A stretch of DNA of 64,000 bases, from the NCBI GenBank assembly GCA_021775005.1, contig JAJFIK010000012.1, positions 7,620 through 71,619 on the forward strand. The letters are read 5' to 3'. Of this stretch, positions 27,851 through 39,421 are shown piece by piece. Source of the stretch: Rhodospirillales bacterium (lineage in GTDB: Bacteria > Pseudomonadota > Alphaproteobacteria > JAJFIK01). Within the stretch, counting starts at the first letter, position 1; every line of letters starts with the position of its first letter. Position numbers and translations under genes: made by a program. The notes below the pieces were generated by a model, which made no database searches, had not been told where the DNA came from, and saw nothing but the letters and a program-made list of their open reading frames with translations.

Positions 27851-29182
27851 ATGACGCACCACATTCTCACTGCCCGGAAGTCTGGCCCACTCAAGGGTTC
27901 TGCCCAGGTGCCGGGGGACAAATCCCAGTCCCATCGGGCGCTGATCTTTGCGGCGCTGGCGGTTGGAGAGAGCCGTATTGAGGGGCTCCTGGAAAGTGCG
28001 GACGTGGCCGCCACCGCAGCAGCCCTTAGCGCCCTTGGGGCCCGGCTTGAACGCCGGGGCGATGGCGCATGGTCCGTATGGGGTCGCGGCATATCGGGTT
28101 TTTCAGAACCAAATGTCCCCCTTGATCTTGGAAATTCCGGCACCGGCGCGCGGCTACTGACAGGCCTCATTGCCCAGCAACCTATTCGCGCTATTTTGAC
28201 CGGCGATGGCTCCTTGCGGTCACGGCCCATGGCGCGCGTTTTTGACCCTTTGCGCACAATGGGTCTGGGGGTTTCGGCGCGGGATGGGGATTTATTGCCC
28301 GCGACGCTGACGGGGCCAGCACGATTAATTCCGGCCCATTATGAGTTGCCGGTGCCGAGCGCCCAAGTGAAGTCGGCGGTATTGCTGGCAGGCCTTGGGG
28401 CACCAGGTATCACCACAGTACTCTAATCCGAAGCAACCCGCGATCATACAGAGCGGATGGCAAGGGCCTTTGGCGCGCGCGTTGATGTGGCGGACGAAGG
28501 CGGGCGGCGCATCATCCGCCTTACCGGCCAGCCGGAGCTCAGCCCGTGCTCAGTTCAGATCGCCGCCGACCCATCGTCTGCCGCTTTTCCCATCGTGGCG
28601 GCGCTTTTGTGTGAAGGGTCCGATCTCCAATTGCCCGGCGTTTTGCAAAACCAGACGCGCACGGGGTTATTTACCTGCCTCGCCGAAATGGGCGCAGAGA
28701 TTTCTTATGAGAATGCGCGGGATGTTGCGGGGGAGCTGGTGGCTGATATGCGGGTAAAGGCATCCGCGCTCAAAGGGATCGATGTCCCGCCGGATCGTGC
28801 GCCGCGCATGATTGATGAGTACCCCGTGCTGGCGGTGGCGGCCGCCTTTGCCGATGGGCGCACGACATTGCGCGGGTTGTCTGAGTTGCGCGTGAAGGAA
28901 AGTGATCGCCTCGCCGCCATTGCCACCGGCCTGCGTGCCATTGGCGTAGAAGTTCAAGAAAGCGAAGACAGCTTGACGATTGAGGGGCGCGCGCATGACG
29001 TGCCCGGCGACGCAACCGTCGCCGCCCAATCGGACCACCGCATCGCCATGGCGTTTCTTGTGGCCGGGCTTGGCGCACGCGGGCGCGTTCAAATTGACGA
29101 TGCTCGTATGATCGCCACCAGCTTTCCTTCGTTTGAAAGATTGATGACGGGCCTTGGCGCGCGCATTGAAAGGTCAAACTGA
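27851..29182 (+). pseudogene. aroA: Class II EPSP synthase interrupted by one in-frame TAA at 28424-28426 (pseudogene or sequence error)
   Basis: [32 protein letters not shown] and DHRIAM all in one frame; junction reads [15 protein letters not shown]. Confidence 0.9.
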
Positions 29183-29844
29183 TGGCCGCAGCGCCGATTA
29201 TTGTCGCCATTGACGGCCCCGCAGCGGCGGGCAAAGGCACCATCGCCCGGCGCTTGGCGGCGCATTTCAATCTTGCTTATCTCGATACCGGTTCGCTTTA
29301 CCGCCAAGTAGGATTCTTAGTCTTGGAAGCTGGCGGTGACCCTTCTGAGGGCGAAGACGCTGTGGCTGCCGCACGCGCAATTTTTGGTCGGTCTTTTGAG
29401 GATCAACGATTGCGAACCCAAGCCGTGGCCGACGCGGCCGCGCGTGTCGCGGCTATTCCAGAGGTGAGAGCCGCCTTGATTGAGGCGCAGCGGCGCTTTG
29501 GCACCACCCCGCCGTTGCTCCCCGACGGCAAACCCCCCAAAGGGGTAGTGGTGGACGGTCGCGACATCGGCACGGTGATTTTCCCTGAGGCGGGCATAAA
29601 GCTCTTTATAACCGCCAGCCCCGAAGAGCGCGCGCGCCGCCGCCACCAAGAGCTCATGGATCGGGGGATTTCTGCCAATTTCGGCGAGGTTTTGGAGGAA
29701 GTCCGGGCGCGGGACGAGCTTGATGCAACCCGGCCGGTGTCCCCCCTCAAACAAGCCAGCGACGCCCACTTGCTCGATACTACTGATTTGAGTATAGAAG
29801 CGGCGTTCGAGGCGGCCCGGGACATTGTGGCCGCTACGGTTTAG
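29182..29844 (+). CDS. cmk: Cytidylate kinase
   Basis: 'VAIDGPAAAGKGT', 'LDTGSLYR', 'DGRDIGTV.FP', 'RD..D..R..SPL'. Confidence 0.96.
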   Translation: MAAAPIIVAIDGPAAAGKGTIARRLAAHFNLAYLDTGSLYRQVGFLVLEAGGDPSEGEDAVAAARAIFGRSFEDQRLRTQAVADAAARVAAIPEVRAALIEAQRRFGTTPPLLPDGKPPKGVVVDGRDIGTVIFPEAGIKLFITASPEERARRRHQELMDRGISANFGEVLEEVRARDELDATRPVSPLKQASDAHLLDTTDLSIEAAFEAARDIVAATV

Positions 29845-30078
29845 CAAGGGAGTAAGGCCAACCCAGCCAAGCTTGAGACCATCTTGAGCATTGTTCCAGG
29901 GTAAGGCTCTTCGCCTTGCCCTTTTTGTTTTTGTGCACACGCAGATTGTGAACGCGCGCGCATCTCGCAAAATCGAACCAATGAGGACTTGAAGCCAACG
30001 CCACTTCCGGCGGGGCAAGGGTTCCAAAGACCGGCGGAGACAACCGCCCGGCCAGAACATATCGACCTAGGAGTTTTA

Positions 30079-31845
30079 ATGTCAGATACAAACATCGAAA
30101 GCGTTGCCGATTCGCTTAATCCGTCTTCAGATGATTTCGCCGCAATGCTTAAAGAATCCTTCGAATTTGACGGTGGCCCGGTTGAGGGCAACGTCGTGAA
30201 GGGCACGGTGATCGATATCCAAAATGATATGGCGATCATCGACGTGGGCCTCAAAACCGAAGGCCGCGTCCAAATAAGAGAATTCCATGGCGACGAAGTT
30301 TCAAATATCGCTGTTGGTACAGAGGTCGAAGTCTTTCTCGAGCGCATTGAAAACGAAATGGGCGAAGCGGTTCTTAGCCGCGAAAAAGCTCGTCGCGAAG
30401 AAGCCTGGATCCGTCTCGAAAAATCATACGAAGCAACTGAGCGTGTTGAAGGCCGCATTGTGGGTCGCGTCAAAGGCGGCTTTACCGTGGACATGGGCGG
30501 CGCATTTGGCTTCCTGCCCGGTAGCCAGGTAGACATTCGCCCGGTACGCGATGTGTCGCCTCTGCTGAACTTGCCGCAGCCATTCCAAATCTTGAAAATG
30601 GATCGCCGCCGGCAAAACATCGTCGTCTCACGTCGTGCGGTGCTGGAAGAAGCCCGCGCCGAGCAGCGCAGCGAGATTGTTCAAAACCTTGCTGAAGGCC
30701 AAGTGATCGACGGTGTCGTCAAGAATATCACCGATTACGGTGCATTTGTGGATCTGGGCGGCGTTGATGGCCTGCTTCACGTGACCGACATCGCCTGGCG
30801 CCGGGTTAATCACCCAACCGACGTCTTGACCATTGGTGAGACTGTCAAAGTGCAGGTCATCAAGGTCAATCAGGAAACCCAGCGCATCAGCCTTGGCATG
30901 AAACAACTCGAAGCTGATCCTTGGGAAGGCGTTGAAGCTAAGTATCCGCTCGAAACCAAACTCAAGGGCCGCGTTACCAACATCACCGACTACGGTGCAT
31001 TTGTTGAAATTGAACCTGGCGTTGAAGGTCTCGTGCACGTTTCTGAAATGTCCTGGACGAAAAAGAATGTTCATCCGGGTAAGATCGTTTCTACCAGTCA
31101 GGAAGTCGAAGTTGTGGTGCTGGAAGTTGATCCGCAGAAGCGCCGCATCTCCCTTGGTCTGAAACAAACCATGGAAAACCCATGGATGAATTTCTCCGGT
31201 CAGTATCCGTCTGGAACTGAAGTTGAAGGCGAAGTCAAAAACATCACCGAATTTGGCCTGTTTATCGGTCTTGATGGTGACGTGGACGGCATGGTTCACC
31301 TTTCTGATCTCGATTGGGAAAAGTCTGGTGAAGACGCCTTGAAGGAATTCAAGAAGGGCGACGTGGTTCATGCGATCGTGCTTGAAGTCGACACGGAAAA
31401 GGAACGTATTTCCCTTGGCGTGAAGCAACTGCAAGGCGACCCGATGGAATCCCTTGGCACCATCAAACGTGGTGACCGGGTGACCTGTACGGTTTCTGCG
31501 GTGCAGGAAAATGGCGTCGAAGTGAAGGTTGGCGATGAAGACTTCAAAGCCTTCATCCGTCGTTCTGATCTTGCCCGTGATCGCGCCGAACAGCGCGCTG
31601 ATCGATTCTCCGTGGGTCAGAAGTTTGACGCTATGGTGACCCGTATCGACAAGAGCGCTCGCTCCCTTGGTCTTTCCATTAAGGCCATGGAGGTGGCGGA
31701 AGAAAAGGAAGCGGTTGAACAGTATGGTTCAGCCGATGCCGGTGCCTCCCTGGGTGACATTCTCGGTGCTGCCATGAACAAAGCCGATGACACCGACGAT
31801 GCTGGCGATAAGTCAGACGACGCTGGTGATAAATCAGACGACTAA
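30079..31845 (+). CDS. rpsA: 30S ribosomal protein S1
   Basis: Six S1 repeats ('VKNITDYGAFVDLGG.DGLLH', 'RISLG.KQ'); SD AGGAG before ATG 30079. Confidence 0.98.
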   Translation: MSDTNIESVADSLNPSSDDFAAMLKESFEFDGGPVEGNVVKGTVIDIQNDMAIIDVGLKTEGRVQIREFHGDEVSNIAVGTEVEVFLERIENEMGEAVLSREKARREEAWIRLEKSYEATERVEGRIVGRVKGGFTVDMGGAFGFLPGSQVDIRPVRDVSPLLNLPQPFQILKMDRRRQNIVVSRRAVLEEARAEQRSEIVQNLAEGQVIDGVVKNITDYGAFVDLGGVDGLLHVTDIAWRRVNHPTDVLTIGETVKVQVIKVNQETQRISLGMKQLEADPWEGVEAKYPLETKLKGRVTNITDYGAFVEIEPGVEGLVHVSEMSWTKKNVHPGKIVSTSQEVEVVVLEVDPQKRRISLGLKQTMENPWMNFSGQYPSGTEVEGEVKNITEFGLFIGLDGDVDGMVHLSDLDWEKSGEDALKEFKKGDVVHAIVLEVDTEKERISLGVKQLQGDPMESLGTIKRGDRVTCTVSAVQENGVEVKVGDEDFKAFIRRSDLARDRAEQRADRFSVGQKFDAMVTRIDKSARSLGLSIKAMEVAEEKEAVEQYGSADAGASLGDILGAAMNKADDTDDAGDKSDDAGDKSDD

Positions 31846-31880
31846 GTTGGCTGATAAATACAACCCCCTGTGAGGGGATG

Positions 31881-31913
31881 AAGGGCCGGGGCGCTTGCCG
31901 CTCCGGCCTTTTT
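31881..31913 (+). terminator. Intrinsic terminator after rpsA
   Basis: GGCCGGGGCG-cttgc-CGCTCCGGCC followed by TTTTT. Confidence 0.75.
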
Positions 31914-32066
31914 AATGCACTCAAGCTCCCTAATTGTGACCTCTGAGCCATGTCTCCCCCAAAAATACGTTTAACTTGAAGGGCTTAGGCTTGACGAGGG
32001 AGCCCGCCTTTGGCAGCTTCGGGCCAACAATGGGGTGCATCAATAACCGCTCCGGGGGAGCTGAGA

Positions 32067-32387
32067 ATGATCAAGTCAGAACTGGTAACGCGTTTGGCTG
32101 AAGCCAATTCCCATCTCTACCAGAGAGATGTGGAACGGATCATCTCAACGGTGTTCGATGAAATCACTTCAGCACTTTCGCGCGGTGATCGGGTGGAATT
32201 GCGCGGCTTTGGAGCGTTTTCCGTGAAACATCGGCCGGCGCGCGTGGGGCGCAACCCGCGCACCGGTGACCCCGTTGAGGTTGAGGCCAAGTCGGTACCG
32301 TTCTTCAAGGCCGGCAAAGAATTGCGTGATCGGTTAAATAAGGACGACGCACCTGCTACCGGCAGTACCGAAGGGGTGGGCGCTTGA
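32067..32387 (+). CDS. ihfB: Integration host factor beta
   Basis: 'MIKSELV...[21 protein letters not shown]...[10 protein letters not shown]'. Confidence 0.96.
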   Translation: MIKSELVTRLAEANSHLYQRDVERIISTVFDEITSALSRGDRVELRGFGAFSVKHRPARVGRNPRTGDPVEVEAKSVPFFKAGKELRDRLNKDDAPATGSTEGVGA

Positions 32388-32665
32388 GGATCGGCACCTG
32401 GATTGCCATCATTCCTACCGCTGCCATCTCTATTTGGTTTGCCTTGGCGAATCGGTCATCTGTCACGCTCAGCTTTGATCCCCTCAGTGTGGATGAACCG
32501 ACCTGGGCAATCCGAATTCCGCTCTTCGTGGTAGTGTTTGGCGGTGTCTTTATTGGCATGATCGCTGGCGGTATTGTGGTCTGGTGGGGTGAGGGGCGCT
32601 GGCGGCAGGAAGCCCAAAAAAGCCGCATTGAATCCCGAAAGGCGGTCGATCCTGTCGCTGAGTAG
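32384..32665 (+). CDS. LapA/DUF1049-like small membrane protein
   Basis: 'FALANR..VTLSFDP', second TM, 'GRWR'; conserved position after ihfB. Confidence 0.75.
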   Translation: MRIGTWIAIIPTAAISIWFALANRSSVTLSFDPLSVDEPTWAIRIPLFVVVFGGVFIGMIAGGIVVWWGEGRWRQEAQKSRIESRKAVDPVAE

Positions 32666-32689
32666 GCCTAATCCAAGGAGAGCAGCGAC

Positions 32690-33394
32690 GTGACCCCTAA
32701 TCCCATTTATTGCGCCTTTGATACCCCCGACGCCGCTGCGGCCATTGCTCTTGCCGCGCAGCTCAAGGGTTCAATTGGCGGCATTAAATTGGGACTTGAG
32801 TTCTTTATGGCCAACGGCCCTGAGGGCGTTCAAGCGGTGACCAAGGCGGGCCAATTGCCGATTTTCCTTGATGTGAAACTGCACGACATTCCCAACACGG
32901 TGGCGGGCGCGGTGCGGTCGCTTTCCACCCTCGATCTCAGCATATTAAACGTTCACTGCGGCGGAGGGCCTGCGATGATGGAAGCCGCTGCCGCTGCGGT
33001 GGGTGAAGCCGGCGATGCGCGACCCAAACTAATTGGCGTGACGGTCCTCACAAGCCTTGATGATGCGGATCTCAGCGCCGTAGGCGTTGCGGACGATACC
33101 GGTATGCAGGCTGAACGCCTTGCCTTGCTCGCCAAAAGCTGCGGCCTCGACGGGGTTGTTTGTAGTCCCAAAGAAGTGGCGCGCATTCGCGCTGCATGCG
33201 GGTCTGATTTTTTGCTTGTGGTTCCCGGCATTCGGCCCAAGGGCGCTGCGATAGGCGATCAGAAGCGCGTGCTTGGGCCAGCGGATGCGCTGATTGCGGG
33301 GGCGGATGTGCTTGTTATTGGTCGCCCCATTACCCAGTCAGATGACGCCGCCGCCGCCGCCCGCGCCATCGCTGACGAGATCGCTGCGGCGTGA
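32690..33394 (+). CDS. pyrF: Orotidine-5'-phosphate decarboxylase
   Basis: 'FLDVKLHDIPNTV', 'VTVLTS', 'VVPGIRP...DQKR', 'VIGRPIT'. Confidence 0.97.
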   Translation: MTPNPIYCAFDTPDAAAAIALAAQLKGSIGGIKLGLEFFMANGPEGVQAVTKAGQLPIFLDVKLHDIPNTVAGAVRSLSTLDLSILNVHCGGGPAMMEAAAAAVGEAGDARPKLIGVTVLTSLDDADLSAVGVADDTGMQAERLALLAKSCGLDGVVCSPKEVARIRAACGSDFLLVVPGIRPKGAAIGDQKRVLGPADALIAGADVLVIGRPITQSDDAAAAARAIADEIAAA

Positions 33395-34032
33395 TGCCCA
33401 TTGTCAAAATATGTGGCCTCAATGATGCGGTGTCTGTTGCTGCTGTCGCAAAGGCGGGCGCGGATATGGCGGGGTTTATGTTCTTCGCCGCCAGCCCGCG
33501 CCACCTGACCTATGACCAAGCCGCAAACTTGGCATCACATGTGTCGCCAGGTGTTGCCAAAGTTGCTGTGACCGTTGACGCCAGTGATGACGAATTGGCA
33601 ATAATCAAAGACGTCCTTGGGCCCGATCTGATTCAGCTTCATGGCTCCGAAACTGTTGAACGCGCGGGCCAGATCGCGAAACAATTTGGCGTTAAAATCA
33701 TCAAAGCGCTGGCACTGGCGACACCCGAAGACCTTGAGCTTGCGCGGGTTTACGATGGCCAGGTGGATTGGTTGCTGTTTGATGCAAAACCGCCTAAATC
33801 GGGCCGCCCCGGCGGATGGGGGACAGCGTTTGATTGGCGCTTGATGGCGGGCACCACATGGGCGAGCTCTTGGATGCTCGCAGGCGGGCTGACGCCGGAT
33901 AATGTTGTGGCGGCTTTAGGCATCACCGGCGCGCCGGGGGTGGATGTTTCCTCAGGCGTTGAGCGTGAATTAGGGCGCAAGTCGCCGCAACTGATTGAAG
34001 AGTTCGTGCGCAAGGCGCGATCGGGCGGATAG
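33394..34032 (+). CDS. trpF: Phosphoribosylanthranilate isomerase
   Basis: 'VKICGL', 'SPR', 'IQLHGSE', 'GG.G..FDW', 'LAGGL..DNV', 'VDVSSGVE'. Confidence 0.96.
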   Translation: MPIVKICGLNDAVSVAAVAKAGADMAGFMFFAASPRHLTYDQAANLASHVSPGVAKVAVTVDASDDELAIIKDVLGPDLIQLHGSETVERAGQIAKQFGVKIIKALALATPEDLELARVYDGQVDWLLFDAKPPKSGRPGGWGTAFDWRLMAGTTWASSWMLAGGLTPDNVVAALGITGAPGVDVSSGVERELGRKSPQLIEEFVRKARSGG

Positions 34033-34036
34033 GGCA

Positions 34037-35248
34037 ATGGCAGGCGAAAATTCCTTCAAAGCAGGTCCTGATGAGCGTGGCCGCTTTGGCATCTACGGCG
34101 GACGCTTCGTTGCGGAAACCCTGATGCCGCTGATCCTTGATCTGGAAACCGCATACGAGGCGGCCAAGAAAGATGCAAGCTTTCAAGCCGAGTTCGATCT
34201 CTTGCTGCGTGATTATGTGGGGCGACCGAGCCCGCTCTATTTCGCTGAGCGGCTGACAGCTCATTTCGGCGGCGCGCAAATTTATTTTAAACGCGATGAG
34301 CTCAATCACACCGGCGCGCATAAGATCAACAATTGCATTGGCCAAATATTGCTGGCGCGCAAGATGGGCAAAACGCGCATCATCGCTGAAACCGGCGCAG
34401 GTCAGCATGGTGTGGCCACCGCTACGGTTGCCGCGCGCTTTGGCCTTCCCTGTACCATCTATATGGGCGCTGTCGACATGGAGCGGCAAAAGCCCAATGT
34501 GTTTCGCATGCGCCTTTTGGGGGCGGAAGTGGTGCCGGTGACCAGCGGCAGCCATACGCTCAAAGATGCCATGAACGAAGCCATGCGCGACTGGGTCGCC
34601 CATGTGGATGACACATTTTACATCATCGGATCGGTGGCCGGCCCGCACCCTTATCCCGCCATGGTGCGTGATTTCCAGTCCGTCATTGGGACCGAAGCGC
34701 GGGCGCAAATGCTTGATCGGCTGGGGCGCTTGCCCTCAACCCTTGTGGCGTGCGTGGGCGGGGGCTCAAACGCTATGGGGCTTTTCTATCCCTTTCTTGA
34801 TGATGCCGATGTTGAGATCATCGCCGTGGAAGCGGCCGGCAAAGGTGTGGATACGGGCGAACATGCCGCCGCCATCGCCAAAGGTACACCGGGGATTTTG
34901 CATGGCGCGCGGAGCTATCTGCTGCAGGACGAAGATGGCCAGATCATTGAGCCGCACTCGATCTCTGCGGGGCTCGATTACCCTGGCATTGGTCCGGAAC
35001 ATTCCTGGCTGCATGACAAGGGCCGGGTGAAATTTGAAACCGCTACCGATGCCGATGCCCTGGAAGCCTTTCAGTTATGTTCTCTCCAGGAAGGCATCTT
35101 GCCCGCGTTGGAGCCGAGCCACGCCCTTGCCCATGTTGGCAAGATCGCTCCCAAGCGCAGCAAGAGCGATGTCATCTTGGTCAATCTCTGCGGCCGCGGC
35201 GACAAGGACATTTTCACCGTCGCCGATCACCTGGGGGCAAAGCTATGA
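34037..35248 (+). CDS. trpB: Tryptophan synthase beta chain
   Basis: '[11 protein letters not shown]' PLP lysine, 'AETGAGQHG', 'GGGSNAMG', 'SAGLDYPG'. Confidence 0.98.
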   Translation: MAGENSFKAGPDERGRFGIYGGRFVAETLMPLILDLETAYEAAKKDASFQAEFDLLLRDYVGRPSPLYFAERLTAHFGGAQIYFKRDELNHTGAHKINNCIGQILLARKMGKTRIIAETGAGQHGVATATVAARFGLPCTIYMGAVDMERQKPNVFRMRLLGAEVVPVTSGSHTLKDAMNEAMRDWVAHVDDTFYIIGSVAGPHPYPAMVRDFQSVIGTEARAQMLDRLGRLPSTLVACVGGGSNAMGLFYPFLDDADVEIIAVEAAGKGVDTGEHAAAIAKGTPGILHGARSYLLQDEDGQIIEPHSISAGLDYPGIGPEHSWLHDKGRVKFETATDADALEAFQLCSLQEGILPALEPSHALAHVGKIAPKRSKSDVILVNLCGRGDKDIFTVADHLGAKL

Positions 35249-35739
35249 GCGACAAGGACCTGAGCCCGAGTAACTCCTCATCCCGAGCGGGGCAAGTCGC
35301 GCGGAAATTGTTCTATTTTGCCGCGTCATTCGTACTAGTTTTGTTGGTAGAAATTCCACTGATTTCGTTAGTTGTGTCAGATTCATATTCCAGAGAAGGC
35401 CCAACCCTCGGTGAAATCTTGTTCCTGCCAGTCGTCGCTGGAGTGTTTATCGGGGCATTCTCAGACCAGATGCCGTTCAACAAGAATATCGGCAAGTACC
35501 TTGATGGTCTCGTTTCGCGGCAGAGAATTGGGAGCCGCGTTTGGGCCTCTCTTTCTCTGATATGGGTCGTTTGTACTGTGCTATATTTGCTTGCTTTTGA
35601 GCCATATGGCTATCGAGTTAGGGACGATGAGTGGGCTCACTTCTTCGTTGTAGTTGTATCGCCAATTGCAATTGGCGCTGCAGTTCTAAGTGCAATTGAC
35701 TGGTCAACCAGATCAGAAGATCCGAGTGACAAACAATGA
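35245..35739 (+). CDS. Hypothetical 4-TM membrane protein inserted between trpB and trpA
   Basis: 164-aa ORF from ATG 35245; ATGA overlaps with both the trpB stop and trpA start; four hydrophobic segments; visibly more AT-rich than the flanks. Confidence 0.75.
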   Translation: MSDKDLSPSNSSSRAGQVARKLFYFAASFVLVLLVEIPLISLVVSDSYSREGPTLGEILFLPVVAGVFIGAFSDQMPFNKNIGKYLDGLVSRQRIGSRVWASLSLIWVVCTVLYLLAFEPYGYRVRDDEWAHFFVVVVSPIAIGAAVLSAIDWSTRSEDPSDKQ

Positions 35740-36587
35740 TGAGCACCCGCATCGATGCGCGGTTTGCCGAATTGAAGGCCGCCAATCGCGCCGGCTTCGT
35801 TGCGTTCGTGACCGCCGCCGATCCCGACATTGAAACCTCGTTTGAAATCATCAAGGGCTTACCCGGCGCAGGCGCAGATCTCATTGAGCTTGGCATGCCC
35901 TTCACCGACCCTATGGCCGACGGCCCTGCCATTCAGGCAGCATCATTGCGCGCCTTAAAAGCGGGCGGCTCCATGGTCGTCACATTGGATCTTGTGAAGC
36001 GTTTTCGCGCCGGTGATGACGCCACACCGATCATCCTTATGGGTTATTACAACCCGATCTATGCCTATGGCGTGGACGCATTTGTTCGCGATGCCGCCGC
36101 GGCGGGGGTGGATGGGCTAATCATTGTTGATCTACCGCCGGAAGAAGACATTGAGCTGTGCCTTCCGGCCAATCAGGCGGGGCTCAATTTCATTCGTTTG
36201 GCAACCCCGACCACCGACTCCGTGCGATTGCCTGCAGTGCTGCAGAACACATCTGGATTTCTTTATTATGTGGCCATTGCAGGTATTACCGGAACAGCCA
36301 GCGCAGATGCCCAAAAATTGCGCCAAGCGGTGGAAGAATTGCGTAAATCTACCAAATTGCCTGTAGCGGTTGGTTTCGGCATAAAATCGCCTGAAAATGC
36401 GAGCGATATCGCGGCATTCGCCGATGCGGTTGTGGTGGGGTCGGCTCTTGTGCAGCGCATTGCCGATCACATAGCGCCTGATGGGTCCCAGAATGAAGGA
36501 CTTGTGAAAGGTGTTCTTGATACGGTAGTCACCCTTGCTAGCGCTGCCCATGGCGCGCGATCCGGGCCCGGCGCCCCGAAGGAGTAA
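35736..36587 (+). CDS. trpA: Tryptophan synthase alpha chain
   Basis: '[18 protein letters not shown]', 'LMGYYNPI', 'VDLPPEE', 'GITG', 'VGFGI'; start 35736 or 35739. Confidence 0.98.
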   Translation: MMSTRIDARFAELKAANRAGFVAFVTAADPDIETSFEIIKGLPGAGADLIELGMPFTDPMADGPAIQAASLRALKAGGSMVVTLDLVKRFRAGDDATPIILMGYYNPIYAYGVDAFVRDAAAAGVDGLIIVDLPPEEDIELCLPANQAGLNFIRLATPTTDSVRLPAVLQNTSGFLYYVAIAGITGTASADAQKLRQAVEELRKSTKLPVAVGFGIKSPENASDIAAFADAVVVGSALVQRIADHIAPDGSQNEGLVKGVLDTVVTLASAAHGARSGPGAPKE

Positions 36588-36590
36588 CGC

Positions 36591-37568
36591 ATGAACTGGC
36601 TGACGAAAATTGTTCGCCCTAAGATTTCGACGCTTTGGAAAAAGCGCGATACGGCGGAAAATCTTTGGCACAAATGCGCGCAATGCGGGGAGATGATTTT
36701 CCACCGTGATTTGGAAGCGGCACAGAAAGTTTGCCCCAGCTGTCAGCATCACATGCGCTTGCCCGCGCGGGATCGCTTGCAGTCTCTTTTTGACGGTGGC
36801 AGCTATGACGAAGTTGAATACCCCGACGTGCAAATCGATCCGCTCAATTTCAAAGACGAAAAGAAATACACTGATCGTTTGAAGGCTGCGCGGAACAAGA
36901 CCGGCGACAAAGATGCCTTCATCATCGCAGCTGGTACTTTGGACGCGCAGTCCATTGTGGTTGCGCTTCAAAATTTTGAATTCATGGGCGGCTCCCTCGG
37001 CATGGCTGCAGGCGAAGCAATTGTCCGCGCTGCCGACGAAGCGGTGACACGCAAAACACCTTTGATCCTTTTCGCAGCATCTGGCGGCGCGCGCATGCAG
37101 GAAGGCATTCTTTCGCTCATGCAATTACCGCGCACGACAGTTGCTGTGCAACGCCTGAAAGATGCCGGGCTTCCTTATTTGGTGGTTCTAACTGACCCGA
37201 CTACCGGCGGCGTAACCGCGTCCTACGCAATGTTGGGGGACATCCAAATCGCTGAGCCAGGCGCTCTTGTTGGGTTTGCCGGGCCTCGGGTTATTGAGCA
37301 AACCATCCGCGAAAAACTGCCCGACGGATTTCAACGTGCTGAATACCTTAAAGATCACGGCATGGTGGATATGGTGGTGCATCGGCATGAGCTGCGCGCG
37401 ACCCTCAGCCGTCTTGTCCGGCTTTTGATGGAAAAAGGCATGGCGGCACAGATAACGGCACCTGTTTCTGAACCTGCGCAATTGCCTGTGACCCAGGTGC
37501 AAACGACCTTAGCGGTCGCCGCCAATGAAGACACCGATCCTCGCGCAGAAAAAGACGCCGCTGAATGA
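36591..37568 (+). CDS. accD: Acetyl-CoA carboxylase carboxyltransferase beta
   Basis: Zinc finger 'W.KC..C...VCPSC.HH', 'FMGGSLG', 'SGGARMQEG', 'PTTGGVTAS'. Confidence 0.97.
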   Translation: MNWLTKIVRPKISTLWKKRDTAENLWHKCAQCGEMIFHRDLEAAQKVCPSCQHHMRLPARDRLQSLFDGGSYDEVEYPDVQIDPLNFKDEKKYTDRLKAARNKTGDKDAFIIAAGTLDAQSIVVALQNFEFMGGSLGMAAGEAIVRAADEAVTRKTPLILFAASGGARMQEGILSLMQLPRTTVAVQRLKDAGLPYLVVLTDPTTGGVTASYAMLGDIQIAEPGALVGFAGPRVIEQTIREKLPDGFQRAEYLKDHGMVDMVVHRHELRATLSRLVRLLMEKGMAAQITAPVSEPAQLPVTQVQTTLAVAANEDTDPRAEKDAAE

Positions 37569-38893
37569 CTGTCACGCGGGCGCGCACGTCGGAAATTCTT
37601 GACCGACTGACCGCACTTCACCCCAAGAAAATTGACCTCTCTCTTGAGCGGCTTGAGCTGTTGCTTGAGCGGTTGGGCGCGCCACATACCAAATTGCCTC
37701 CAGTCATCCACATTGCAGGCACCAATGGCAAGGGCAGCGTGCTCGCTTACCTCAAGGCAATATTGCAAGCCACTGGCAAGCGCGTGCACGCCTATTCCTC
37801 ACCCCATCTTGTGCGATTCAATGAGCGGATCGAGTTGGCGGGCACACCAATATCCGATGATGCCTTGGGTGAGCTTCTTGATGAAGTTGAAGAAGCCAAT
37901 GCCGGTGCCCCCATCACTTTTTTTGAAATTACCACCGCAGCAGCGTTTCTGGCGTTTGCGCGGCAACCTGCTGATGTTCTGTTGCTGGAGGTTGGGCTTG
38001 GCGGGGGCTTGGATGCGACCAATGTTATTGATCGCCCCGCGCTCAGCGTGATTACGCCGATCTATCTCGATCATCAGGATTTTCTTGGCTCCACCTTGGG
38101 CCAGATCGCCGGGGAAAAAGCGGGCATCCTGAAGTCAAAAGTGCCTGCCATCATCGGGCCGCAGTCCGCCGAGGCGCAATCAGTGATCGAAGCACGAAGC
38201 GGCAAGGTTGGCGCGTCGCTGCGACTACATGGCACGGACTTCATCGCCCATGAAGAACAAGGGCGTTTCATTTATCAAGATACTGACGGGCTTATTGATC
38301 TGCCGTTGCCGCGCTTGGAGGGCCGTCATCAAATTGAAAACGCCGCCATGGCCATTGCGGCTTTCAAAGCGTTTGCGGGAACATCCTATGAGCCTGAAGC
38401 GCTTGCGGCGGGAATGCGCACGGTCACCTGGCCAGGACGATTGCAGCGCTTGAAAGACGGGCCACTGGTGGACGCTTTGGGTGGCGACGGGCCGAGCGAT
38501 CCCAACCGGCCGGACTTGTGGGTCGATGGGGGTCACAATCCCGGTGCCGCACGCGTGGTGGCGCAAGCTATGGCGGATCTTGATGAGCGCTTGTCGCGGC
38601 CACTCTATGTCTTGGCCGCTATGGGTAAAGGCAAGGACGCCCACGGCTTTTTCAAGCCATATGTTGGCCTTGCGCGCCGGGTCTTTACCGTAGAAATGCC
38701 TGGCGGACATGAGGGCTATAGCCCGCAAGAACTGGCAGCAGAGGCGTCCGGGGCGGGATTGGCAGCTTCAACCGCGGCAAACATCGCGGACGGGATTGCC
38801 CAAGCATTGGCGGACGCAGGTGGCGAGGCCCCACGTATTCTGATCACAGGGTCGCTCTATCTTGTCGGTGAGGTTTTGCAGGACAACACGTAA
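37565..38893 (+). CDS. folC: Folylpolyglutamate/dihydrofolate synthase
   Basis: '[10 protein letters not shown]', 'SPHL..FNERI', 'EVGLGG.LDATN', 'WPGRLQ', 'DGGHNP', 'GSLYLVG'. Confidence 0.96.
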   Translation: MTVTRARTSEILDRLTALHPKKIDLSLERLELLLERLGAPHTKLPPVIHIAGTNGKGSVLAYLKAILQATGKRVHAYSSPHLVRFNERIELAGTPISDDALGELLDEVEEANAGAPITFFEITTAAAFLAFARQPADVLLLEVGLGGGLDATNVIDRPALSVITPIYLDHQDFLGSTLGQIAGEKAGILKSKVPAIIGPQSAEAQSVIEARSGKVGASLRLHGTDFIAHEEQGRFIYQDTDGLIDLPLPRLEGRHQIENAAMAIAAFKAFAGTSYEPEALAAGMRTVTWPGRLQRLKDGPLVDALGGDGPSDPNRPDLWVDGGHNPGAARVVAQAMADLDERLSRPLYVLAAMGKGKDAHGFFKPYVGLARRVFTVEMPGGHEGYSPQELAAEASGAGLAASTAANIADGIAQALADAGGEAPRILITGSLYLVGEVLQDNT

Positions 38894-38949
38894 AAACGAC
38901 CGAGCTGTTTCCAGCCCGGCCGCTTGGATTTTTGTCTTGAGGTGCCCGC

Positions 38950-39270
38950 TTAGATGGACGATTGAATCCACTCTTCAATTTTGGTTTTGGGAAGCGCGCC
39001 AACTTTAGTTGCCGCGACTTGCCCGCCATTGAAAATCATCATCGTCGGAATGCCGCGCACGCCATATTTGGCGGGCGTATCTGGGTTCTCATCAATGTTG
39101 ATTTTTTTGACCGTCAGCTTGCCGTCCATCTCGGCTGAGATTTCTTCAAGCGCCGGACCGATTTGCTTACACGGCCCGCACCACTCCGCCCAAAAATCTA
39201 CGAGGACAGGGCCTTGCGCATTGAGAACATCGGTTTCGAAATTGCCGTCGGTGGTCTGCGTGGTTGCCAT
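38950..39270 (-). CDS. trxA: Thioredoxin
   Basis: '[12 protein letters not shown]', 'GVRGIPT'. Confidence 0.98.
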   Translation of the reverse strand: MATTQTTDGNFETDVLNAQGPVLVDFWAEWCGPCKQIGPALEEISAEMDGKLTVKKINIDENPDTPAKYGVRGIPTMMIFNGGQVAATKVGALPKTKIEEWIQSSI

Positions 39271-39362
39271 GTTACTCTACTCCTTCGTCATTCATGCGGC
39301 GTCCAGGCCGTGCCCGGGCACGAAAGCCCCCGAAGGCATCCGGGGGCTCGCTTTGAAATTGA

Positions 39363-39391
39363 ATGTAGGAACGGTGCGCAAACCGGTCAAG
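39363..39391 (-). promoter_or_regulatory. Putative RpoH (sigma32)-type promoter of trxA
   Basis: CTTGAC-N16-CCTACAT, close to the alphaproteobacterial RpoH consensus CTTGAA-N15/16-CCTATAT. Confidence 0.6.
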
Positions 39392-39421
39392 CAATGGCAG
39401 CTATGCGCCTCCCTTTTAGGC

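Noticed and set aside
28424-28426. TAA reassignment to Glu/Gln (alternative genetic code)
   Set aside because: TAA terminates lptB, rpoN, hpf, rpsA, trpA and others at their expected ends; only one gene is affected.
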